Of a stretch of 59,137 nucleotides of DNA, positions 16,655-24,234 are shown piece by piece. The stretch spans positions 1-59,137 of the IMG/VR virus record IMGVR_UViG_3300023179_000118. The stretch is one strand, 5' to 3'. Below the pieces are notes generated by a model, which was given only the letters and a program-made list of their open reading frames with translations, did not search any database and was not told the origin of the DNA. This DNA comes from a virus. Lineage: Duplodnaviria; Caudoviricetes. Both the position numbers and the translations under genes were made by a program. Within the stretch, counting starts at the first letter, position 1. Each line of letters starts with the position of its first letter.

Positions 16655-19056
16655 TATTCGTTTCCTTTCGCCAAGAAGTCGTTCCATAGACCTGAATTTT
16701 GAACACTAAACTCATTGCCCGCGCCACTTCCGATAAGGGTGGGTGAAGTGCCTGTGTTATCCCATAGTGAGACGCTATCGAATAAATTACCCTCAATCGC
16801 CTGTCGTAGAGTATTGGATACATCGCGGTGTGTGCTTCTTACGACATCTTCTGGCACATATCGCTTAGTTTCCCCTAGCGCTCTTTGAACACTTCTTTCC
16901 CAGGCCATATTGGTAGGAATCGTGACATAAATGCCATTTACCTTATATCCCGCTAGACGCGCTTCATTGACCTTATCGGAAAGTTTCTGAATTTTGGAGT
17001 CACCAGTTCCATCTAACACAATGTCTTGATTTTGTTTAATAGCAACTCGCTGGACAACCCTTGCGAGAATAGACGATTCCTCGTGAGAGAAACGAGCAGC
17101 ATTAAAGAAATCGGCATCATTTCCCTCGCGCATACGCGGGTTTTCTGGCAACATCTCTTTAATATCGTCGGCGTTAATTTGAACTGCTTTAGTCTTATCT
17201 GGAACGCCCACCGCACCTGATTTAATCAAACTTGATTTACCTGATGCTGGCCCTCCACCCAACATATAAAAAGTCGGGTTGGATGATTGAGGAACATTAC
17301 CCGTCACCTTTTTAATAATTTGTTGATGTAGGTAAGCGCGTTCATCCGATAGTTTGTAACCGCCTTGTCCATCAGAGACTAGATGATGCCAGAGTGAATC
17401 TTCTGGGGTAAATGTTTTGTCTTTGAAAGAAACGGACTCTGGTATTCCTGCTTTATATCCACCCGTTGCGTCGGGATTGACAACTCGGCCTTCTGAATCT
17501 TTATTGAGGGCAGGAATTTTTCCACTCGCAATAAGGTCTGCTCGTGAACCAGCCCATGAACCGTGGCTGGCTTGGTCATGTTGACCTTGAAGATGTTTCC
17601 AAACAAATAAAGATTTCTTTGCTGGTTCTTTGGCATCAATGGCTTGCGATTCAAAACCCTTGGCTTTTGCCCATTCGAGCGACGCATCAAGAGCCTCTTT
17701 CGCATTAAGGTCGATTCGATAAATAGGTAATTTGGCTCCACCATCAAAAAAATGTGCTACGGAGGCACCCCAAGTGTGATGACCGTCAATTACATAACCA
17801 TCTTTAGACACTAAAATTCGGTCTTTTTCTGGGATACGACCCTTTTCATCCCCGTCATCATTTGTTTTTCTTGTTTTTTCATAAATCGCACCAACTCGGG
17901 AACCTGAAATTTCTTTTTGGATGGGTTTTAATTTTGTTGGGTCAACTTTTTCTTTTGAAACGCTAATGCCTTCCTTCGATAAGTCTTTCAGAAAATCTGG
18001 TCTTGCTTTGTCGGGAATTTGGGGCATATCTTTTCTAGCGATACCCATGCCTTCGCCACCAAAGAGCAAAGAGCCTTTAACTCGTAATTCTGTAATATCG
18101 GGATGGTCGGTTCTTTGTCTCATCCCCATAAAGAGCGCTGAAATGTTTTCTGGCTCTACCTCGGGCTGTTCGCCATTAAGAATCTTTTCGGCAATATCTT
18201 TTGCCCAACTGCCATGCGTTTTTTGGTCATGCCCACCAGGATTGTGTTTTTCTACTTCCCTCTCGGCTCGGGCAACCATTGACTCGGCCCACGCAAAGCC
18301 AGCGTCGCCACCCCACGCATCCCACGCGACCCTGCCTGGTGAGGGAAATCCTTTTTCGCCCTGCGAAAATCCGAGGGCGTTTTTATCGACCTCGTGGCGC
18401 GAGAAGAACGACTTCATTCTCTTTAGCGTTTCTAGGGAGACGGCTTCGCCCGATGCCAGTTGTTCCGCTCGGCGACGACCAACAGAGGTGAACCCTGAAC
18501 CCGCCTTACCCTCTGCTATCCAGTCTAAGGCCCGCCTAGCAGCGCTTCTGACCGCTTTGGGGGGCGTGTTATCAGCCTTGCTGAAAGAATGAATCTGTCG
18601 AAGGCGTTGCTTGGCTTCCTCTTCTGTATCGTAAGTGCCAAACGGTCTAGTGCCTGTTTTGTCGTAAACAGTCCATTTACCCTTTTCCTGCCGAATTTCT
18701 TTGTTGACTGATTCTTCGGCGATTGGTTCGACCCGCATCTCGTAACCGTTAATGGTGAGAACGACTCGAACATCTCCCACATTGGATTCAGTCTTAGCAA
18801 GGAAAGACTCCGATAACCCCTCTGGCAAACTCAAACCAAGGGCAGTCAGGTCAGCATTTTTGATTAGGTCGACTTGTATCTCGTAGTTATTCCAGTCATC
18901 CTGTGGCTGCTCCACTCCACGCCTTGCCATCTCTACAAGTACGAGGTGATGAAGTTCTAGCGTCGCGGGATTTGGCTGAGATTTATGTAGGCGCTCATGT
19001 AGGCTCGATAATTGAGAGCCTTGTAATTCGATGAGTTTTGAAGAAATTTCCGCCAT
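16654..19056 (-). CDS. Multidomain head-associated polyprotein: N-terminal head domains, tag, ParB-like domain, tag, zeta-toxin-like P-loop kinase
   Basis: AWDAWGGD domain; LKPIQ...ILVS.DGYVIDGHH (ParB/Srx); GGGPASGKS, NADDIK, HEESS, DGTG (zeta-like). Confidence 0.85.
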   Translation of the reverse strand: MAEISSKLIELQGSQLSSLHERLHKSQPNPATLELHHLVLVEMARRGVEQPQDDWNNYEIQVDLIKNADLTALGLSLPEGLSESFLAKTESNVGDVRVVLTINGYEMRVEPIAEESVNKEIRQEKGKWTVYDKTGTRPFGTYDTEEEAKQRLRQIHSFSKADNTPPKAVRSAARRALDWIAEGKAGSGFTSVGRRRAEQLASGEAVSLETLKRMKSFFSRHEVDKNALGFSQGEKGFPSPGRVAWDAWGGDAGFAWAESMVARAEREVEKHNPGGHDQKTHGSWAKDIAEKILNGEQPEVEPENISALFMGMRQRTDHPDITELRVKGSLLFGGEGMGIARKDMPQIPDKARPDFLKDLSKEGISVSKEKVDPTKLKPIQKEISGSRVGAIYEKTRKTNDDGDEKGRIPEKDRILVSKDGYVIDGHHTWGASVAHFFDGGAKLPIYRIDLNAKEALDASLEWAKAKGFESQAIDAKEPAKKSLFVWKHLQGQHDQASHGSWAGSRADLIASGKIPALNKDSEGRVVNPDATGGYKAGIPESVSFKDKTFTPEDSLWHHLVSDGQGGYKLSDERAYLHQQIIKKVTGNVPQSSNPTFYMLGGGPASGKSSLIKSGAVGVPDKTKAVQINADDIKEMLPENPRMREGNDADFFNAARFSHEESSILARVVQRVAIKQNQDIVLDGTGDSKIQKLSDKVNEARLAGYKVNGIYVTIPTNMAWERSVQRALGETKRYVPEDVVRSTHRDVSNTLRQAIEGNLFDSVSLWDNTGTSPTLIGSGAGNEFSVQNSGLWNDFLAKGNE
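17554..17598 (-). repeat. His-rich coding repeat KHLQGQHDQASHGSW
   Basis: Precedes the zeta-like domain. Confidence 0.9.
18205..18249 (-). repeat. His-rich coding repeat KHNPGGHDQKTHGSW
   Basis: Precedes the ParB-like domain. Confidence 0.9.
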
Positions 19057-19096
19057 CTTCTAATACTACAATATAAATATAAAACTGGGATTTATT

Positions 19097-19264
19097 TTAT
19101 TCTACTGGAGTATAATCTAAAGACTTATCCTTCTTTGCGACAAGGGCAACAAAGGCATCTTCATCTTCCGTACTTGCTAGATATTCGTCTTGGAAATCGC
19201 CCTTGGGATTCCATTCACGATAAGCCTCGGCTATCGCCTTTAGTTTCTCTGCTCGTGAACTCAT
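19097..19264 (-). CDS. 55-aa protein MSSRAEKLKAIAEAYREWNPKGDFQDEYLASTEDEDAFVALVAKKDKSLDYTPVE (candidate inhibitor; not in ORF track)
   Basis: ATGA overlap with the upstream stop; GGGAGG RBS. Confidence 0.7.
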   Translation of the reverse strand: MSSRAEKLKAIAEAYREWNPKGDFQDEYLASTEDEDAFVALVAKKDKSLDYTPVE

Positions 19265-21996
19265 GCTTGTCCTCCCTGGGGTGCTGGTCTCTCTCGTGCG
19301 GTTCCATCATAGACCAATCCATCTCCATCTCGGTCTATTGGCCCCTCAACAACGGTTCTTCCCTCTGGGGTAAGGACTTTCTCGTAATGGAGCCGTAATC
19401 CAGCCATGACGGTTTTACCATCCCACTCGGTACCATCTGAAGTTTTTTGCCTACTCCCATAACCCAACATAGCAAATTCATAAGGTGTGGGAACATCACT
19501 ATTTCTCAAAGATTTAGGTCGCTCAAAATCATTTATGATGTCTGTCTTACCATCATAAATTGGGTTATTGACAGCGCGACCCATTACTTCATTGAAATCA
19601 GAAACAAATTTATCTCTTTGCGTAAAATCTGGTCTATCATCGGCAGTAACTACACGATTTAATGCTTGTTCCGTCAAAAACCTAGCGTGTTCTCGGGCAT
19701 TGATGGTGATACTTCTTAAATCTTCATCAAGGTTATCGGGAGACCAGTCATATCCCATACGCGCCCAGTGCCTTGCTCCATCCCAAGCGGTTCCTACCAC
19801 AATTTTATCTATCCCTGCCTGTGTTGCCCAATCTTCGCTTCTATCAACAAAAACTTTACCGAATCCAGTACCACGATATTCTTCCATAAGTCTAAAATAA
19901 TCGTGTTCTTGAATTACTTCACCATTTTCTCCAATAGTCCAACTCCGCACAAAGCCTGGCCCTTCGCTTACCACCTCGCCATCTTCATTGTAGACCTGAC
20001 CTTGAATCAATAACCTGCCACCTTCAATTCCTATATCTTCAACTTCACTTCTCAGGGTAACTTCATTGCCATTTACATCTTTACCCGTGTGTTCAACATT
20101 GTAAACTTCTTCAAAGAAACTTTGTAATCCTTCAACAGAATCTACTTCCACTTCATTGAGTTCTCGATATTGTTCAAGAATTCTCTCTCGATTCGCGTTG
20201 ATATATTCTTCTCGCGCCAGAGGGTAAGAATCCTCAACTAAATTATTAAAAAAAGCAGTTTGTTCTTCTAAATATTTGCCAAGATTTTCTTCTTGTAACT
20301 TTTTATTTTCTTCTTCTGCTTCCCAGTCAGCCATGGCATCACTTTGATTTACCCAATCAATAGCAATTTCTCGAATCTGTTCATAATCATACGAATCATT
20401 ATCAACCATCATATTTAATTCGTCATCTGGTGGGTCTGCGAGTTTGGAAGCGTTACCCTCTAAGGCATTGATGATGTCTTGTTTGGCTGGCCCTATATCT
20501 TGAACTTCAGACAATCTTTGGGCCATTTCCTCTGGATAACCTCGTTCTGCCCAACTGCCATGCGTGGCTTGGTCGTGTTGACCTGGAAGGTGCTTAATTA
20601 CTGGAATGAGACCCGCTTGGAACTTAATAATAAGGGGCTTTTGATATTTTCTGTTTTTAGTGAACGAGGTGGGAACTTTCCAATAGGTTGATGGCAACAA
20701 GGCAACCTTTTGTTCAGCGAACTGCTTACCACGATTGTTAAAGAAAGAATTCTGACCTCGTGTTTCTGTGGTTAACGCTGCCCTAGCATTTTCGGTAAAC
20801 ATTTGTGAGTGATGTACCCAAGCAGCCTCTTCGCCATCTTGTCCGAATCCTCGACCAGTCGCAGCGTGTCCAAAGAAATCATGGACAGCGCGAAACTTAT
20901 TATTTTGCTCATCTGAAAATAGGGGATGCGCTCCCGTGGTTTCGGTTTGTAAAACTTTTAATCGGCCTTGACTTACATCCGCAAACATTTCTTTGGATGT
21001 CTTGTAGGGGTCATCAGGAACAAACTCAACTTTGACCCCTAGGGTCTTGGTCATAAAGTCGTACTGCTCTTCTACTTCTGATGCCAGTGCTTCATATTCG
21101 TCAACCGCACTCTTATCAAACTTTGGTAACTCTTCATAGACATCTGCGATTTGTGCTGCGCGTTCTCGGTTTGCCACAACCTTTGTGTAATCAATAGTCT
21201 CATCGTGTTTAAGACCCTTTTTGAAACTATATTCCAGTGCGCCATCCCTGGCCGATTTAACGGAATCTTCTGGGTAGCGCGTTCCCGCCCAATTACCGTG
21301 TGTTCTTTGGTCATGCTGACCTTCAAGGTGTTTTTGAACTACGGAATAACGCCCTAAGCAGACATGGGGGGTTAGTGATTGCCCTGGATTGCTTCCAGAA
21401 TCTCGTCGGTAAATTGGTCTAGTTCTTGCTCGGTCATTTCTTTGACTGGCTTTGGTGTCTCTATCATCACGGGCTTTGTTGGTTCGCTCATCGACTTCCT
21501 CCTCCATGTAAATATACGAGTCGTTGACAACATCGTATATGGCTTTTTGCTTATTACGAAATCCTGCTTGAACTCCCTCTGACCGCGTATCGTATCGGCG
21601 AGAAACATCCAAGTAAAGTTTTCCCTTCTCAACCCAACCGCCGAAAAAGGTACCCCTACCCGTCAGTAACTCTCCATGTTCCTTGATATAACCCTTGATA
21701 GTTTGGCGCAGAACATCGCGTGAGACGCTAACCTTGGCCCAATCGTAGATTTTCTCAGCCCCTCTGTCCGAGGCGATATATCCCGTTTTGGGTGAAGTTT
21801 TTGTTTGTAAATCTATGCTGAATCCTGGCGTTCTTTTCTGGCTTAATTTATCTATGAGGCTTGTGACCACGGTTTCGCCTGAAGCCCAACTGCCATGGGT
21901 TCTTTGGTCGTGTTGTCCAACAAGATGCTTTGCTACCGAGGCGGGGATTATTTTTATATCCTCCATATCGGTGTAGAACTTATCTAAAAGGCTCAT
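19261..21996 (-). CDS. Three-tag polyprotein: GGW/YLDVS domain, HDxxGH domain, acidic region plus GNAT acetyltransferase
   Basis: Tags at aa 23, 222 and 468; FRAVHDFFGH...GEE...ETRGQNS; EYRGTGFG...WARMGY (GNAT motif A/B). Confidence 0.85.
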   Translation of the reverse strand: MSLLDKFYTDMEDIKIIPASVAKHLVGQHDQRTHGSWASGETVVTSLIDKLSQKRTPGFSIDLQTKTSPKTGYIASDRGAEKIYDWAKVSVSRDVLRQTIKGYIKEHGELLTGRGTFFGGWVEKGKLYLDVSRRYDTRSEGVQAGFRNKQKAIYDVVNDSYIYMEEEVDERTNKARDDRDTKASQRNDRARTRPIYRRDSGSNPGQSLTPHVCLGRYSVVQKHLEGQHDQRTHGNWAGTRYPEDSVKSARDGALEYSFKKGLKHDETIDYTKVVANRERAAQIADVYEELPKFDKSAVDEYEALASEVEEQYDFMTKTLGVKVEFVPDDPYKTSKEMFADVSQGRLKVLQTETTGAHPLFSDEQNNKFRAVHDFFGHAATGRGFGQDGEEAAWVHHSQMFTENARAALTTETRGQNSFFNNRGKQFAEQKVALLPSTYWKVPTSFTKNRKYQKPLIIKFQAGLIPVIKHLPGQHDQATHGSWAERGYPEEMAQRLSEVQDIGPAKQDIINALEGNASKLADPPDDELNMMVDNDSYDYEQIREIAIDWVNQSDAMADWEAEEENKKLQEENLGKYLEEQTAFFNNLVEDSYPLAREEYINANRERILEQYRELNEVEVDSVEGLQSFFEEVYNVEHTGKDVNGNEVTLRSEVEDIGIEGGRLLIQGQVYNEDGEVVSEGPGFVRSWTIGENGEVIQEHDYFRLMEEYRGTGFGKVFVDRSEDWATQAGIDKIVVGTAWDGARHWARMGYDWSPDNLDEDLRSITINAREHARFLTEQALNRVVTADDRPDFTQRDKFVSDFNEVMGRAVNNPIYDGKTDIINDFERPKSLRNSDVPTPYEFAMLGYGSRQKTSDGTEWDGKTVMAGLRLHYEKVLTPEGRTVVEGPIDRDGDGLVYDGTARERPAPQGGQA
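20551..20595 (-). repeat. His-rich coding repeat KHLPGQHDQATHGSW
   Basis: Precedes the GNAT-containing segment. Confidence 0.9.
21289..21333 (-). repeat. His-rich coding repeat KHLEGQHDQRTHGNW
   Basis: Precedes the HDxxGH domain. Confidence 0.9.
21372..21491 (-). CDS. Overprinted 39-aa acidic ORF MSEPTKPVMIETPKPVKEMTEQELDQFTDEILEAIQGNH inside the 911-aa gene
   Basis: GGAGGAGG RBS just upstream; the main frame is a low-complexity linker here. Confidence 0.7.
   Translation of the reverse strand: MSEPTKPVMIETPKPVKEMTEQELDQFTDEILEAIQGNH
21886..21930 (-). repeat. His-rich coding repeat KHLVGQHDQRTHGSW
   Basis: Precedes the GGW/YLDVS domain. Confidence 0.9.
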
Positions 21997-22886
21997 GGAT
22001 TCAACCTCTGGAAAACCGCTACTGTAATTTTCTCTGTATAGTTTGAAGAAATTGGTGGCTCAAAGTATGGTCTTTCTATTTCTTCATAACCCATAAATTT
22101 TAATTGTGTATCTCTTGGCAAAATTACTTCTCTTTCGCGTTGCGTTTGACTAGGACTATGACTACTTTGTATTGATTCAAAAAATAAATCGGGCATCAAT
22201 CCTCTATCTCCGCCTTGTTTTGTCGGAAGAATAACCATAACCGAATCTTTAGATGAAGATATATCTTGTAACATCTCTAGGGTTCTTCGCTCTGTTTTAT
22301 CTATGATGTTTGCTCGGGTGGTCGAAAGAAAACCCTTATCAACCAATACATCACCCTCATTAAGAGATTCTAAAACCCTATTAGATACAACACGATAAAG
22401 ATTGTTATACCCGATAACCTTTGGCGCTTCATCAATCACTCTGTCTAAATCAAATATTTTGCGCTTCAAAGATTGTGGATTTTCACCGCTAAGTTCAAAT
22501 TCACCAAGTTTTCCTCGCAAGAAACCATTCATTGCTTTGTAACCATATTCCACATAATCGGCTACCGTATCGACCAACATAGATGGTGGCGCTTCTATTT
22601 CGTATTGTTCCGAATATGCCAGTTCTGCTTTTATCCTATCTTGGTCACTAAAATTGCCAGCCCATGAGCCATGAGTTTTCTGGTCATGCTCACCAGCAAG
22701 GTGTTTATCAAATTCTTCATAAACAGCATCCCAATAACCTCTTGCGATTATTGTGGCAACTGATTTCTCGGGATAAATGAAACCAGTCTTTGTTCTTACA
22801 GCACCCATTAACTCATTGTTTCGTGTTTGTGTATAAATGACCTCGTTGCCATTTGCTTTACGGTAAAGAATTGTTCCTTGTATCAC
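21993..22886 (-). CDS. Tagged VIP2/C2-type ADP-ribosyltransferase with N-terminal ~60-aa module
   Basis: LYR...GFLSTT...EREVILPR (R-S-E class ART); probable GTG start at 22886 with GAGG RBS. Confidence 0.85.
   Translation of the reverse strand: MIQGTILYRKANGNEVIYTQTRNNELMGAVRTKTGFIYPEKSVATIIARGYWDAVYEEFDKHLAGEHDQKTHGSWAGNFSDQDRIKAELAYSEQYEIEAPPSMLVDTVADYVEYGYKAMNGFLRGKLGEFELSGENPQSLKRKIFDLDRVIDEAPKVIGYNNLYRVVSNRVLESLNEGDVLVDKGFLSTTRANIIDKTERRTLEMLQDISSSKDSVMVILPTKQGGDRGLMPDLFFESIQSSHSPSQTQREREVILPRDTQLKFMGYEEIERPYFEPPISSNYTEKITVAVFQRLNP
22662..22706 (-). repeat. His-rich coding repeat KHLAGEHDQKTHGSW
   Basis: Precedes the ART domain. Confidence 0.9.
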
Positions 22887-22887
22887 T

Positions 22888-24234
22888 TTAATCCTCAACC
22901 TTTAATGGCAATACTGGGATATTAACCCCTTTTTTCTCTAAGGCGTTTTGAATACCGTCAATAGTCCATTGATTTATTTTTCCTTCAACTGGAGTTACAT
23001 AAATCGCTTTAATATCCTTTAATTTGACTCCCCCATACACTTGCGTTTCACCGTAACCCTCTCTTTGGAATCCTCCATGACTGGGAGACATATCATGTTG
23101 AAGTCCAGCCATCTCCATTGTTGCGCGGGTATGATTTTCTGTCAAGGGTCTGGCTAGGGCATATCCATCCAAAGAATCAATTACGGTATATGAAGTGCGC
23201 TCTCGTACATCATCATTAAGGACTACGCGAACTTCACCATACTGGCTTACCGCGTCATTATTTATATTCCATCTATCTCTGTTATATCCGCTTGTATTTG
23301 GTGATGTTCCTTGAATTTGATTTGCCAAATATCCATAAATAGGTCTCTCACTGGCCTTTGTGTCTTGCGTAACTCCCATATAAGCCAGTTCACGAGTTCG
23401 TCGAAGATAAGGCTTGTATGCCCCATTGCTTTCCCTAGTTTCAAATTGCGTTTTGAACCTTCCATCCGCAATTACATTCATAAAGTCTTGACCATCAATA
23501 GCGATAACTGGAAATGCTGTTTTTAGATTTTCCGCAAAAGTTTTTGCTGTTTTTTCATACTGCTTGAAATATCCCGTTAAAAAAATCCGCTTTCCTTCTT
23601 CGGGGAGATACGGTGCTAAGGTTTTTGCCAATTCAAATCTTACTTGTTGATTGGTATTAGTAATGTATATTCCCACGCGGTCTGACATGGCGGTAACAAA
23701 ATAATCAGCATTTCTGCCAGTCATACCATTTTCTTGTGCTACTTTCGCATAATGAAGTTCTACATCTTCTCTATATGCTGATACATAGCCTTCAGAAATT
23801 TTTGTTAGTTTTTCCTTTAATTCGTCATCCATCTTGCCACTTTCTTCGATTTCACCTCTCATTTTTTCTATGTTGAGCGAAGTCAAAGGAGTATCCATGT
23901 TATTTCGCGCTAATTGTTCTCCGTATTTGAGCCACACACCAGAACCCCGAGAATCCTCTATGTAATCTGGGGGCATATCTTCACGGCGCGTAGAAGTAAT
24001 AAATTTCCTATCCACCACAACTCGACGCGAAACAACTGGCTCATTGTGCCTATTTAATTGTGCTTTTTGTAATAATCCAGCGTCACGAAGGTCTTGAAAT
24101 CCTTCCTCATAGTTTGTTATCTCGTGAGGCAATCCAGTAGCAGCCCAACGACCATGAGTTTTCTGGTCATGCTGACCCGCTAAGTGTTTTAGTGTTGGTT
24201 TGAGGTGTGGAGGAAATTTAATTACTACGCTCAT
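22888..24234 (-). CDS. Tagged protein with C-terminal DUF3626-like domain
   Basis: GRFKTQFET..S.G, RPIYGYL, QYG.V..VL, RTSYT..DS, ETQVYGGV.L.DI. Confidence 0.75.
   Translation of the reverse strand: MSVVIKFPPHLKPTLKHLAGQHDQKTHGRWAATGLPHEITNYEEGFQDLRDAGLLQKAQLNRHNEPVVSRRVVVDRKFITSTRREDMPPDYIEDSRGSGVWLKYGEQLARNNMDTPLTSLNIEKMRGEIEESGKMDDELKEKLTKISEGYVSAYREDVELHYAKVAQENGMTGRNADYFVTAMSDRVGIYITNTNQQVRFELAKTLAPYLPEEGKRIFLTGYFKQYEKTAKTFAENLKTAFPVIAIDGQDFMNVIADGRFKTQFETRESNGAYKPYLRRTRELAYMGVTQDTKASERPIYGYLANQIQGTSPNTSGYNRDRWNINNDAVSQYGEVRVVLNDDVRERTSYTVIDSLDGYALARPLTENHTRATMEMAGLQHDMSPSHGGFQREGYGETQVYGGVKLKDIKAIYVTPVEGKINQWTIDGIQNALEKKGVNIPVLPLKVED
24145..24189 (-). repeat. His-rich coding repeat KHLAGQHDQKTHGRW
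   Basis: Near the N-terminus of the DUF3626-like protein. Confidence 0.9.

Noticed and set aside
17921-18592. Plus-strand 223-aa ORF as a possible antitoxin
   Set aside because: No RBS or motif; shadow of the 800-aa gene.
15490-24189. CRISPR-like or DNA-level repeat array
   Set aside because: The repeats are in-frame coding, vary at synonymous sites and are spaced hundreds to thousands of bases apart.
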